Assembly (NCBI GenBank): GCA_965205655.1
Contig: CBDBIJ010000029.1
Span: 1-64,000 of the forward strand
Direction of reading: 5' to 3'
From: Candidatus Latescibacterota bacterium
Lineage (GTDB): Bacteria > Latescibacterota > UBA2968 > UBA8231
DNA: 64,000 bases
A program made the position numbers and the translations under genes. Positions 46,555 to 57,239 of the stretch are shown one piece after another (the first letter of the stretch is position 1; each line of letters starts with the position of its first letter). Under the pieces are notes generated by a model that was not told the origin of the DNA, ran no database searches, and worked only from the letters and a program-made list of their open reading frames with translations.

Positions 46555-49424
46555 TCTAATTCTCGTCCTTCCGGATTGCCAGGCGGCATTTGCTCGTAGT
46601 AGACCCTGTGAGCGGGATAGGCCAGCGCTATGCCCTCCCGTCGCAAATGGTCGAGCACGCGCCGCGGACAATGGTGTTTCGCGCCTTCGCCGGCGAAACA
46701 TGGCGTGGGATGATGTAGTAGCGGATTTCGTACTCCACACCCATAGAGGTGGTGCCGTTGACCCGGACCTTCGCCGCGGGCTCTGCGAGTGGTCCCTCAT
46801 CAGTGCCGGAAACCGCGTCGAGGGCTTTTCTCATTTCCCCGACAACGCGCTCTGAATCGAAGGTGTAATCGGCGTAGAAGAGAAGCTCGAAACGACTGAC
46901 CTCGTCAGGCTTCATGAAGTTCGTTACCGTCTTCTCGGCGATGACGCTGTTCGGGATGACGACGACGCAGTTTGCGGTGGTCTCGAGTCGCGTGGTGCGC
47001 CAGTTGATATCGACGACTCGCCCCGATGACGCTTTCTTCGGGGAGGGGGGTGCGGCCGTGAACCATGATCCAGTCGCCGATGCGGAACGGGCGCTCGAGG
47101 TTGAGAGCGATGCCTGAGAATATGTTCGAGATGTTGATCTGGACCGCCAGGCCGATGATCATGGCGATGACTCCGGACGTGGCCAGCAGGCTGGTCAGTT
47201 TCTGATCGAACACGAACCCGACGATGCCGAAAATCGCCAGAAGGTAGATGGCCACTACCACGAAGCGCTTGAGAATGGTGGGGATGCTCTGTCCGGTGCG
47301 GCGTTCGAGGGGCTGCCAGACGAAACGGCGGACGGCGATGACGACGAGAAAGGCGGGCGCCATCCACCATAGGATGTCGAATATGCGGGTGAAAATGCCC
47401 ATGTGAAAGGCGCCGAGGCGAGCCGACAGCCAGTTTCCCAGCAGCGTCTCCGCGGTTGCCAACACGGCGAGAAAGAAAACGGTCTGCACCACCCAGAGCG
47501 ACTTGGCGAAACGGTGGAAGGTGGGAGCACGCGATGCCACAGCGAGCAGGAGGGAAATCAGCAGGCCGACGACGAGCACAGCGGCGGCGCGATCGCCGCC
47601 GACAAGCCCGCGCAAGCTGAAGGCGCTCTTCTCGATGAAGATTCCGACGTTGAACCTGGAGAACTCGCGCTGCGCCGAGCTGTCGAGGTAGTCGGGATGT
47701 CCAAGAGCGTGCTCGGCGACAACGTCCTGGAAGAAGACGCGACGACTGACGCGCCAGTCGTACAGCCCTTCCATAGCATCTTCTCCGTCGCTCGTTGAAC
47801 CGAACTCAGGCGACATGCCGGTGAGATCGATGGCATAGACGAGGTTGTTGCGGGTCAACTGCCGATGGCGAAAACTGAGGCCGAGAAAATGTTGCCCGTA
47901 CGGAGGAGCGATGGTGTTTGCCCTGAAGGTTCCCTTGATTCGATAGGCCCGATAGGCCATGCCGTCGCGTGCGGTGTCGGAAACCGGATCGGACAGCAGA
48001 ATGGGCTCGACTGCGTTCTCGAAGACGACATCCTCAGCCTTGAATTCATCGCTATTCCTGAACCAGAGATAGAATTCGAGACTGAAGATGCCCGAGCGCA
48101 GGTCGATATCGGTGATCTGAATCGGCTCGATGCCCGTGTAGACGACATCCGTTCTATACAAACGCTTCCCGTCGACGACGACGAGTCGCTGTAGGTCAAA
48201 TTCGGCCTGCCGAATCGAGAAATCACCGGGGTGGGGATGAACCATCTGCAGCTGCGTCAGCGCCGACACTGTTTGATTGTTGCGATAGACGGCCATGGAG
48301 ATCGGTCGCGGGGCGTCGCCGTTTTCGTCGAAGTAGATCGGTCCGGTAACTCCCTCGACGGCTCTCGCCGGATCGCGCAGGCCGGCCAGGTAGTCCCTGA
48401 TCTTCCGGCGGTCGGCCTCAAGGCTCACCGGCTCAGAGCCGATCCCGCTATGCTCGATGGCATTCACGATCGTCGCGGCGGCGTCGTGCGCGCAGGCCCC
48501 GGGCCAGCCGGCTGATTCGCCGAAGCGGTCGGAGTAGTCCGCCGCGAAGCGATGCACCCGCTCAGAGGCGACGTCGAAGAGCAGTGGCGAAGAGGTGAGG
48601 ATGCCGTCCGTGTAGTAGCCGCTACTGGCCCGCTCCATCGGAAGGGAGGCGAAAGAGCGCGGAAAGGTCTCGTGTGAAAAAGCGTGCGGGGCGATTATCG
48701 GCGCCGCGATTCCAGCGTCCTTCATGAGCGCGACGAGGCGGACACCCTCCGGCAGGTGCGTGGCAAGGAGGATCGGACCCGACTCCTCGTCATCCCGAAT
48801 ATTGGCGACGATCGCGCGCAGCGACTCGTCGAGCTGCGGATCGCCGACGCGGAAGCTCCAGGTGTTTCTGACCGACGCGCCCAGCCGCTCCGACGCCTCT
48901 GCGAAAACCGCCGCGATGCCGGCTCCGTAAGGGAGATCTTCGTGAACGACAGTGACCGCATCTCGCCCCAGAATCGCGGCGACGTAGTGCGCCAAGAACC
49001 TGCCCTGGAATTCGTCGTCGAAGATGACTCTGAAATGCCAGTCGTTGCCACGCGTGACATTTACGTTCGAGGACACCGCGGTGACTGCCGGTACCCCGCG
49101 TTGTCGATACACCTCGCCGCCGCTGACTGAGCAGGAACTGTAGAGGTGACCGATGACGGCGAGCACGCCGTCGTCATCGGCGATTTCGGTGGCGCGCAGG
49201 CGGGCGATCCGAGGGTCGTTTTCATCGTCGAATATTTTCAGCGAGATCTCTTTGCCACCGACGCCCCCCGTCTCATTGACCGAAGCGAGCAGCATTTCGA
49301 TTCCCTTGATGATCGCCTGGCCGTCGCCGCCCGTTCCCCCGGCGTAGGCGATTTCGAGAGTATCTTTCGGATAGGCCCGCACCGCGCTGGCCAAGGCGCA
49401 GAGAGCAAGAAGAGCGCGGATCAT
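46551..49424 (-). CDS. Chimeric channel: LivJ-type periplasmic binding domain + pLGIC-like extracellular domain + MscS pore; frameshifts at ~47020 and ~46660
   Basis: Signal peptide; GGVGG..DDEND..VIGHLYSSCS, FRVIFDD, GVTGPIYFDENGD; VYTGI...ID...F.LEFYLWFR...YRAYR..G.F...PYG...FSRFNVGIFIEK; LLATSG...GLAVQ..NIFSG..ERPFRIGDWI..INWRTTRL..IPNS. Confidence 0.8.
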
Positions 49425-50644
49425 GACGGCGGCGGTAGGATCTGTTCCCCTTCGCGCACGCCTGTCTGATTTCCGAGCTTCGTATAGTCTGTTCCAGACC
49501 GGCCGTTCCAGTCCCATACAACCTCCCCGTCCATAATCGTCATCTCACACAACAGTCGCTGCTGTCCGGCCAACGTGCCGCCGAAGGCGTCCATATACCC
49601 GAACTCCCCCTTCACTATATTCAGCAGCGCTATGTCCGCCGCTGCCCCGACGGTGAGGTGGCCGTGCTGAGGCCGGTTGATGACCTTCGCCGCGTTGCTG
49701 GTGGACAGTCGAATCACATCGTTCAGCGGCATGCCCATCACGAGGAACTTCGACATAGTCGTAGCCATGTCGAGCATACCCACGTTCATGCTGCTCGTGT
49801 GCAGGTCGGTGGAGATAGAATCGGGGTACCACCCCTGCTGAACGCACTGCACCGCATTGCGAAAGACGAAACTGCCGGCGCCATGACCGACGTCGAAGAG
49901 GATGCCGCGCTCGCGGGCGTCCCTCAGGTATCGGTAGACGACGCCGTCTTCATCGATACACGGCACCGGGCCTCGATACATGTGGGTGCTGATGTCGCCG
50001 GGCCGCAAGCGCTGACCGACGAGCTCATAGAACGGCCGCTCGGGGAGGAAATACCCGAAGTCAACCATGACCGGCAACGCGGCGAGCTCGCCAGCTTCGA
50101 TAGTGCGGTCCACGGAGACCCACTCAGGGCCGATGAAATGAGCCGTCTTGATGCCGACGACGATATCGGCGTGCTCGCGGGCAGAGTCCGCCGTGACAGC
50201 CGGGTCCATATCGGAGACGTTCTGCTCCGTCGTCTGAGTGGCCATGCCGAGACCGACGATATTTACGAAGGCATAGGTTCGTGTGGCGAACCGATCGATG
50301 ACGCGCTCGCGAAAATCTCCGAGGTTGCGCCATCCAGCCGAGCCGGTATCGACCATAGTCGTGACGCCGCTGCGGAAGCTGAAGCCGTCCGGGAGAATAC
50401 TATTGTCGCCGGCCCAGGCGTCGGCGTTTCCCGGAGTCGCATACATGTGAGTGTGGATATCGACGAGACCAGGCGTCACCAGCAGCCCGGAGACGTCGAT
50501 CGTGCGCGACGCCCCCGAGGCCGGAATGTCGGCTGCGACGCTGGCGACGACACCGTCTTTGACCGCCACATCCATGGCGGCGTCGATACCATTCTCCGGG
50601 TCGATGACGTGTCCTCCTTTCAGGAGGAGGTCGATTCCCGCCAT
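49421..50644 (-). CDS. Amidohydrolase/deacetylase family metallohydrolase (dihydroorotase-like)
   Basis: PGLVDIHTH, DTGSAG, STHMY, DVGHGAGSF, ISTDLH. Confidence 0.88.
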   Translation of the reverse strand: MAGIDLLLKGGHVIDPENGIDAAMDVAVKDGVVASVAADIPASGASRTIDVSGLLVTPGLVDIHTHMYATPGNADAWAGDNSILPDGFSFRSGVTTMVDTGSAGWRNLGDFRERVIDRFATRTYAFVNIVGLGMATQTTEQNVSDMDPAVTADSAREHADIVVGIKTAHFIGPEWVSVDRTIEAGELAALPVMVDFGYFLPERPFYELVGQRLRPGDISTHMYRGPVPCIDEDGVVYRYLRDARERGILFDVGHGAGSFVFRNAVQCVQQGWYPDSISTDLHTSSMNVGMLDMATTMSKFLVMGMPLNDVIRLSTSNAAKVINRPQHGHLTVGAAADIALLNIVKGEFGYMDAFGGTLAGQQRLLCEMTIMDGEVVWDWNGRSGTDYTKLGNQTGVREGEQILPPPS

Positions 50645-50667
50645 GTCGTTCCTCGCTTCAGGGGGTC

Positions 50668-51810
50668 CTATTCCCCGTTCGGCACGATGGTCGCTTTGAC
50701 GCACTCCATGGCCATAGCGGTTCGCGTTGCCGCGCCGATGCCCGCTTCGGAAAACTCGAAGGCCATCTGCATCCTATTCCACGGATATCTGGTCTCTGCG
50801 CGTCGCAGCATGTCAATACCGAGCGGCATGTCATTCGCGGTTAAGCCCCAGCTGCCGATCAGTAGAAGGTCCTTGGCGCAGATGCGGTGCCAGTTCGTGT
50901 CGATGGAGCCGGCGTCGGTGAACTGTCCCATCTCCAGATAAGTCCCGCCGTCCCGCAGCATCTCGATGCCCTCGGGGCCCGCCGATGGGTGCCCGCTGCA
51001 ATCGACGACGAGGTCTGCGCCGAATCCCCCGACGATTTCACCCACTGCCGCTATTCTGTCGGCCGCGGTCTCGCACGTCTCGATGGAGACGGTGGCCTCG
51101 GCGCCAAACTCGCGACACAGAGCCAGCCGCGGGTCCTCCGGTGCTCCGATGACGATGACCCGACCCGCGCCCATCTCCGCCGCCGCAGCGACCATGAGCA
51201 TGCCGATGGGCCCGGATCCCTGTATGACGACGGTGTCGCCGGCGCGAAACCCGTTCGCCGTCACGGCGCGGTTGAGCGCCCGAATGCAGCACGCCAGCGG
51301 CTCTGACAACGAGCCGAGCATGCAGCTCATATCGTCGGGCAAACGATAGATTTTCGTGGCCGGCAGCATGTCGAGATCGACGTAGACCATCTCGGCCCAG
51401 CCACCCCACAGATGTGGCGGCTTGTCGAACGGGAGGTAGCGGCCGTAGTAGGTGGGCTGCAGGCATTTGTTAGCGTGATCGGGGTAGCGGCGACAGTAGT
51501 GACACTGGCCGCACGGCATGAGCGGCGGCAGCGCCACTTTGCTGCCCACACTCAGCGGCTGGCCGGTGTAGTCCTCGGTCAGGTCCGGGCCCTTGTCGAC
51601 GATGACGCCGGCGACCTCGTGACCGAGAGTAAACGGCCAGGGCAGCGGTTTTGGCCAATGGCCCTTGAGAATGTGGAGATCGGTGCCACACACGCCGCAG
51701 GCCTCGACGCGAATGAGTGCGGCCCTTGAAGGCACGTCAGGGTAGGGGACGGACTGGATCTGCGGCGCAGAGCCGGGACCGTCAAAGGTGGCGACGCGAA
51801 TATTCTTCAT
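50668..51810 (-). CDS. Zinc-dependent alcohol dehydrogenase (MDR)
   Basis: CGVCGTD, GHE, CGQCHYC, GSGPIG. Confidence 0.92.
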   Translation of the reverse strand: MKNIRVATFDGPGSAPQIQSVPYPDVPSRAALIRVEACGVCGTDLHILKGHWPKPLPWPFTLGHEVAGVIVDKGPDLTEDYTGQPLSVGSKVALPPLMPCGQCHYCRRYPDHANKCLQPTYYGRYLPFDKPPHLWGGWAEMVYVDLDMLPATKIYRLPDDMSCMLGSLSEPLACCIRALNRAVTANGFRAGDTVVIQGSGPIGMLMVAAAAEMGAGRVIVIGAPEDPRLALCREFGAEATVSIETCETAADRIAAVGEIVGGFGADLVVDCSGHPSAGPEGIEMLRDGGTYLEMGQFTDAGSIDTNWHRICAKDLLLIGSWGLTANDMPLGIDMLRRAETRYPWNRMQMAFEFSEAGIGAATRTAMAMECVKATIVPNGE

Positions 51811-51844
51811 TCACAGTGGGAGCGGCAGGGCCTCGCTGCGGCGA

Positions 51845-52897
51845 TCACCATTCCGTAATGACGTTGAAACCGACGGTGTTGAAGTCGCTCATAGAGAGCA
51901 GGACGTCGCTCGCCTTCTCGACCGGAATCGTCTGAGAGACGAGCCTGTTCGGGTCCAGTGTTTCGTTGACGATAGAAGTGAGCAGCCCGGGGTAGCTCGT
52001 AGTCGGGCAACCGACGCTTCCCACGATGGTGATCTCATTGACCGTTATCATGTCCATCGGCATGCCCACGATCCCCTCATCGGAAGCGTCCGACATGCCC
52101 AGCTGGAGATGGCGGCCGCCCTTGCGCAGGGATTTGACCGCCGGCTGCGTCGTCACGGCGCCGCCGAGAGCGTCGACGGAGACGTGGCTGCCACCCCCGG
52201 TGATTTCCTTCACTGCCTCCACAGCGTCGACCTCAGCTGCGTTGATGGTCGCCACGGCGCCTTCCGCTTCTGCCAGCTTCAGCTTCTCGTTGTCGATGTC
52301 GACGGCGATGGCCTGGGCGCCTCGCATCGAGGCAATCTGCACGACCGACAGGCCGATGCCGCCGAGGCCGAACACGCAGATCCATTCGGCTGGCCGCACC
52401 TGAGCGCGGTCGACGACGCCGTGGTAGGCTGTCATAAAACGGCAGCCGGCCGCCGCCGCGCTGACGAAATCCATTTCGTCGGGCAAGTGCACGAGGTTGA
52501 CATCCGCCGCTGGCACGTTCGCCAGCTCGCCGAAGCCGCCGTTGAAATCCTTGCCGATCACGCCGTGAGCCTTGCAGATGTTGGTGCGACCTGAGTTGCA
52601 GTACTCGCACCTGCCGCAGGCCATATGAAACGGCAGGGTGACGCGATCGCCAGTCTTGAATGCGGTCACATTGTTGCCGACCGACTCGACTGTGCCGCCG
52701 AGCTCGTGACCCAGAACGAGCGGCAATTGGAGCTCGACGCCCAGCCAGGTCCACTCGCCCTGCCAAAAATGCCAGTCGCTGCGACAGACACCGCAGGCCC
52801 CGACGCGAACGACGGCGTCTGCGGGACCGGGCGAGGGATCGGGGAGTTCGCGAATTTCCAGCGGCTCCTTGAACCCGGTCATGACTGCTGCTTTCAT
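51845..52897 (-). CDS. Zinc-dependent alcohol dehydrogenase (MDR)
   Basis: CGVCRSDWH, GHE, CGRCEYC, GCRFMTAY, GLGGIG. Confidence 0.93.
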   Translation of the reverse strand: MKAAVMTGFKEPLEIRELPDPSPGPADAVVRVGACGVCRSDWHFWQGEWTWLGVELQLPLVLGHELGGTVESVGNNVTAFKTGDRVTLPFHMACGRCEYCNSGRTNICKAHGVIGKDFNGGFGELANVPAADVNLVHLPDEMDFVSAAAAGCRFMTAYHGVVDRAQVRPAEWICVFGLGGIGLSVVQIASMRGAQAIAVDIDNEKLKLAEAEGAVATINAAEVDAVEAVKEITGGGSHVSVDALGGAVTTQPAVKSLRKGGRHLQLGMSDASDEGIVGMPMDMITVNEITIVGSVGCPTTSYPGLLTSIVNETLDPNRLVSQTIPVEKASDVLLSMSDFNTVGFNVITEW

Positions 52898-52930
52898 CGC
52901 AATCTCTGTTGTCTCTCAGTGTGGGCGCCG

Positions 52931-52959
52931 AGTATACCGTGGTGGTATGGGACCGTCAA
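52931..52959 (-). promoter_or_regulatory. Putative sigma70 promoter of the adh...M20 operon
   Basis: TTGACG-N17-TATACT. Confidence 0.65.
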
Positions 52960-52979
52960 GAACGCCGACGAGCACCTAG

Positions 52980-54489
52980 CAGCCTGTGGTGAAAGTCGGT
53001 GATTTTCTTGCGGCGCGGATGAGGAGCCTCTCCTTACCTTTGAGCATCAACCTTGCAGGGGAGATGCTGTCATGGCGTTGGGAAAACGGAAGCGCGCGAG
53101 CCAAGCTCAGCTGTGGGTGGCGACGCAGCACCTGAGGGCTCCGGGACATCCTTTTTACAAGAGATTGAATGAGGTGCTGGACAAGCACGGATTCGACGAG
53201 TTTGTGGAAGAGCGGTGCACGACGTTTTACGCCGAGGGCGCCGGTCGGCCCGGCATCCCGCCCGGGGTCTATTTCCGCCTGCTCATGATCGGCTATTTCG
53301 AGGGCATCGACTCGGAGCGTGAGATCGCCTGGCGCGTCGCCGATTCGCTGTCGTTGCGGGCATTCCTCGGCTACGAGCTCGACAAGGCTACGCCCGATCA
53401 TTCGACGGTGTCTCGCACGCGCCGGCTGATCGACTTCCAGACGCATCATGAGGTCTTCGAGTGGGTGTTGAAGGTGCTGGCCACATCGAACCTGCTGAAG
53501 GGGAAGACGCTGGGCGTCGACGCCACGACGCTGGATGCCAACGCCGCCATGCGCAGCATCGTGCGCCGGGACACGGGCGAAAGTTACGAGGAGTTTCTCA
53601 CGAAGTTGGCCAAGGCCTCGGGCATCGAGACGCCAACGCGAGAGGATCTGGCCAGAATCGACAAGAAGCGCCCGAAGAAAGCGTCCAATAAGGACTGGGA
53701 ACACCCGCACGATCCGGATGCCCGCATTACCAAGACGAAGGATCGTCGCACCCATCTGGCGCACAAGGTGGAGACGGCGGTGGACATGGACACCCAGGCG
53801 ATCGTCGCCGTGAGTCTGCCGAGTGCCGATGAAGGCGACACCGAATCGCTGCCGTGGATGCTGGTGCGAACCGAATTGAACGTGGAGGCCGTGTCGCAGG
53901 ATCCCGAGGCCAGGAAGCATCTGCATCCCAAACCGTTGTCGGAAGTCGTCACCGACAAGGGGTATCACAGCAACGAGGTGCTGGTCGATCTCAAAGCCAG
54001 TGCCATTCGCAGCTACATTTCCGAACCGGATCGCGGGCGTCGAGATTGGAAGGACAAAGCGGAAGCACAACAGGCGGTGTATGCCAATCGCCGACGCATT
54101 CGCGGCAACCGCGGGCAGGCGCTGCGGCGTAAGCGCGGCGAGCTGCTCGAACGCCCGTATGCTCATCTGTTCGAAACCGGCGGTATGCGACGGCTGTTTC
54201 TTCGGGGCCGACAAAACATCCTCAAACGCCTCGTCATTCACGTGTGCGGCTGCAATTTCGGCCTCCTCATGCGCACCCTCTTCGGTGCGGGCACTCCGAG
54301 GGGTATGAGGGAGGCGTTTTCCCTCATTTCGTCTCTCATCACTCAGGTTTTCGCGCCTTGGCGCGCTTTGTCGCCGCCCGTGGTTCAACTCTCGGGCACT
54401 GCTCGATTTTCGTCGCCATTGGCGGCAACTCGCACCACGAATCTCAGGCCACCCCAAATCTTCCCAAACGAGGCTTTAGCCACGGGCTG
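52980..54489 (+). mobile_element. IS1182-family insertion sequence
   Basis: IRs CAGCCTGTGGTGAAAG / CTTTAGCCACGGGCTG; CTAG duplicated at 52976-52979 and 54490-54493. Confidence 0.85.
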
Positions 54490-54493
54490 CTAG
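53072..54493 (+). CDS. IS1182-family transposase (DUF772 + DDE)
   Basis: GRPGIPP, GIDSERE, PDHSTVSR, VDATTLDANA, DPDAR, DKGY. Confidence 0.9.
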   Translation: MALGKRKRASQAQLWVATQHLRAPGHPFYKRLNEVLDKHGFDEFVEERCTTFYAEGAGRPGIPPGVYFRLLMIGYFEGIDSEREIAWRVADSLSLRAFLGYELDKATPDHSTVSRTRRLIDFQTHHEVFEWVLKVLATSNLLKGKTLGVDATTLDANAAMRSIVRRDTGESYEEFLTKLAKASGIETPTREDLARIDKKRPKKASNKDWEHPHDPDARITKTKDRRTHLAHKVETAVDMDTQAIVAVSLPSADEGDTESLPWMLVRTELNVEAVSQDPEARKHLHPKPLSEVVTDKGYHSNEVLVDLKASAIRSYISEPDRGRRDWKDKAEAQQAVYANRRRIRGNRGQALRRKRGELLERPYAHLFETGGMRRLFLRGRQNILKRLVIHVCGCNFGLLMRTLFGAGTPRGMREAFSLISSLITQVFAPWRALSPPVVQLSGTARFSSPLAATRTTNLRPPQIFPNEALATGC

Positions 54494-54692
54494 CGCCGAA
54501 TCCAGCCCTCGTCGATTTCCATGCCGAATCCGGGGGCATGCAGGCGGAGATGAATCGATACACCGGCAGTTCCAGCAGTCGAATTTCGACAATCTCCACG
54601 GTCGCCATTCCGTCGATGGTGGGTGGCGGCTTGAGAAAAGTGTCTATTGGCCGCATTATTAGAGAACCGAATTTCCGCACGGGAGACTGACA

Positions 54693-55619
54693 ATGCAACT
54701 CAGCGCCAGGCAAATCGAACAGTTTGAAGAAAGCGGATTCCTCATCGTCGAGAACGCCCTCGACGACGCCGACATCGATCCTGTGATCGCCGACTACGAG
54801 GAACACATCGATCGTCGCGCCCGCGAGCTGCTGGCCGAAGGGAAGATCACCCAGCTCCACGAAGGGGCGCCTTTCGACAAGCGACTGGCACTCATCTGCG
54901 AGGAGAGCACGGACATCTACCCCGAGATGGATATCTATCAGCTTCGAGCCAAGGCAGCCTTCGAATTCCTGGGGAACGAGCGCTTGCTCGACATCGTAGA
55001 GGGGATCGTGGGGCCGGAGATCTCCTGTAACCCGGCCCAGCACCTGCGGGCCAAGCTACCCACGCGCCTGATGCCGGGTCCCGTGGGCCACGTGGCTGGC
55101 TGGCATCAGGACATGGGTGTCGTCCTCGACGAATCAGACCCGCATTTCATTCTCACGGTGTGGCTGCCGATGACTGACGCGACTGTGGAGAACGGCTGCC
55201 TGCAGATCCTGCCGCGCACCCACGGCAAGGGCCTCCTGGATCACGTCAGGATCACGGGAACGGGAACCATCATCGCCGACGATGAGATGCCAGACGTCGA
55301 GCCGCTCGTTCTCGAGATGGAGAAGGGCTCATTGCTGCTGATGCACAAGCAGATTCCCCACCGCTCAACCGAGAACCGTTCGAGCGGCATACGATGGAGT
55401 ATGGACCTGCGTTATCAGAAGACGGGAACCCCCTCTGGCAGGCCCTTCTACCCGGACTTCGTCGTCCGCAGTCGGTCCGATCCGGACTCCGCGCTGACCG
55501 ATCACGGCGAGTGGGTGCGGATGTGGGAGGAAGCACTGGACGCCGAAGCGCTGGCGGCAAAGGAAGGCCGGAAAGTAGAGCACCACCGCTGGCAAGAGGA
55601 ACCGGCCGCGGCCCACTGA
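54693..55619 (+). CDS. Phytanoyl-CoA dioxygenase family (PhyH)
   Basis: WHQD, VWLPMTDATVENGCL, PHRS..N.S..IRWSMDLRY. Confidence 0.9.
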   Translation: MQLSARQIEQFEESGFLIVENALDDADIDPVIADYEEHIDRRARELLAEGKITQLHEGAPFDKRLALICEESTDIYPEMDIYQLRAKAAFEFLGNERLLDIVEGIVGPEISCNPAQHLRAKLPTRLMPGPVGHVAGWHQDMGVVLDESDPHFILTVWLPMTDATVENGCLQILPRTHGKGLLDHVRITGTGTIIADDEMPDVEPLVLEMEKGSLLLMHKQIPHRSTENRSSGIRWSMDLRYQKTGTPSGRPFYPDFVVRSRSDPDSALTDHGEWVRMWEEALDAEALAAKEGRKVEHHRWQEEPAAAH

Positions 55620-55645
55620 CTTCTCCTGCGATAGACGATCCTGCC

Positions 55646-56119
55646 TTACCTGGTTTTCAGTTCCCGCTCCAACAGTCTCGCCTCTTCCGCCGTGAATCCG
55701 TATAGCGTCATCTTGTCGTCGGTCCGCGCCAGCATCGGGCTGAAGTCCGCCCACCGTCCGTTGATCTGGGTGGCGAGCGGTTTCTTGACGTTTGTCGAAT
55801 CAGAGCTGAAGACCCCCATCTTCTGTCTCGCGTACTCGTTGAGGAGCGCGATCACGGCGACGCTGCCGTCGGCCTGAGATGCCGTTCGAAAGGCGAGGAT
55901 GTTCCAATCAGTTATGAGCGGCTCCTCGGCCACGTAGTATTCCCCCGCGGCGGCCCGTGGATCTCCCTCGAAGGTCACAGCGCGCCATCCCGGCTGCAGC
56001 TCGACCTTCTCTATTTCCCGCACCGCGGGAAAGACCTGAATCGAGATGCCCTCGTCCCGCTCGCACGAGACGAGGCTCAGCGCCAACGCGCACACCGCGA
56101 TCAAGATAGCTAACATCAA
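55646..56119 (-). CDS. Lipoprotein resembling a stand-alone SecDF P1-head domain
   Basis: Lipobox LVSC; PLIT...NVKKPLATQING...P...GFTAEEA pattern. Confidence 0.5.
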   Translation of the reverse strand: MMLAILIAVCALALSLVSCERDEGISIQVFPAVREIEKVELQPGWRAVTFEGDPRAAAGEYYVAEEPLITDWNILAFRTASQADGSVAVIALLNEYARQKMGVFSSDSTNVKKPLATQINGRWADFSPMLARTDDKMTLYGFTAEEARLLERELKTR

Positions 56120-57222
56120 TCGGTTCCTCCCCAGGCCAGACTGTCCGCCTCGGTTGCCGACAGGGTGAGGTCGGCTTCCGGAGAATCGCAGCTCTCGCTT
56201 GCCCGCCAGCGATCGAGAAGCTGCAGCATGTCATCCAGAGACTGGGTCGTCAACAGCTCACGCCGCCTGGCGGTATCGCGCCCCAGTTCCTTGAAGTAGA
56301 GGGCGAGGTGCTTTCTGGATTCGAGCACACCGACGCGCTCGCCCTTGTATCGGGCCATCAAGCGGAGTTGCTCGGCTGCCAGGTCGATGCGCTCTGTCGC
56401 CGTGGCTCCGTCGCGACCGGCGAAGATCCAGGGATTGGCCATGGCGGCACGGCCGATCATCACGCCGTCGCATCCGGTGTGTCGCCGCATGGCGAGGGTA
56501 TCTTCGTAGCTGCAGATATCCCCGTTGCCGAAAACGGGGATTGAAGCGCCATCCTTCGCTTTTGCGATCCAATCCCAGTCTGCTTGGCCTTTGTACCTCT
56601 GCACGACCGTGCGTCCGTGGATGGCAATCGCCAGGGCGCCGGCATCTTCGACGCGCCGCACGACCTCCAGAATGTTGATCGAGGCGTCGTCCCAGCCTAT
56701 CCGGGTTTTGACCATCACAGGGACGTCGACGGCCTCCACAGTCTCGCGGACCGCTCGATAAAGCAAATCCAGATCCTTGAGATAGGCTGCGCCACACCCT
56801 TTGCGCAGGATCTGAGGCACGGAGCAGCCGAAGTTGATGTCGACGATCTGGGCGCCACGGCGCTCGAGCTCGGCAGCCCCAGCTGCGATCAAGCCGATGT
56901 CGTTGCCGTAGATCTGCGCCGCGAGCAGGGAGTCGCCGTTGTCCACATAGATAGGGGCGTCGGAGAAATCGAGGAGTCGCTCGCTCCTTCTCGAACCCTC
57001 TGGAATCACACGGCAGTTGATGAACTCGACTCCGACCACGCGCGCGCCGAGACGGGCACAGATGAGCCGAAAGACCCAGTTGCCCACGCCCGCGAGCGGA
57101 GCAAGGGCGAGAATCGGCATGCCGGGTCTGAGTGGCCTGAGCAGATAGGGACCGAGCTCAAAGCCCGCATGGTCAGCCGACAAGGTACTCGGATACGCAG
57201 TTATGGAAGCGATTTCAGTCAT
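56116..57222 (-). CDS. dusB: tRNA-dihydrouridine synthase (DusB-like)
   Basis: LAPLAG, DINFGC, VKTRIGWD, HGRT, GNGDI, MIGRAAMANPW. Confidence 0.88.
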   Translation of the reverse strand: MTEIASITAYPSTLSADHAGFELGPYLLRPLRPGMPILALAPLAGVGNWVFRLICARLGARVVGVEFINCRVIPEGSRRSERLLDFSDAPIYVDNGDSLLAAQIYGNDIGLIAAGAAELERRGAQIVDINFGCSVPQILRKGCGAAYLKDLDLLYRAVRETVEAVDVPVMVKTRIGWDDASINILEVVRRVEDAGALAIAIHGRTVVQRYKGQADWDWIAKAKDGASIPVFGNGDICSYEDTLAMRRHTGCDGVMIGRAAMANPWIFAGRDGATATERIDLAAEQLRLMARYKGERVGVLESRKHLALYFKELGRDTARRRELLTTQSLDDMLQLLDRWRASESCDSPEADLTLSATEADSLAWGGTD

Positions 57223-57239
57223 GTCACAGCGACAGAGAA

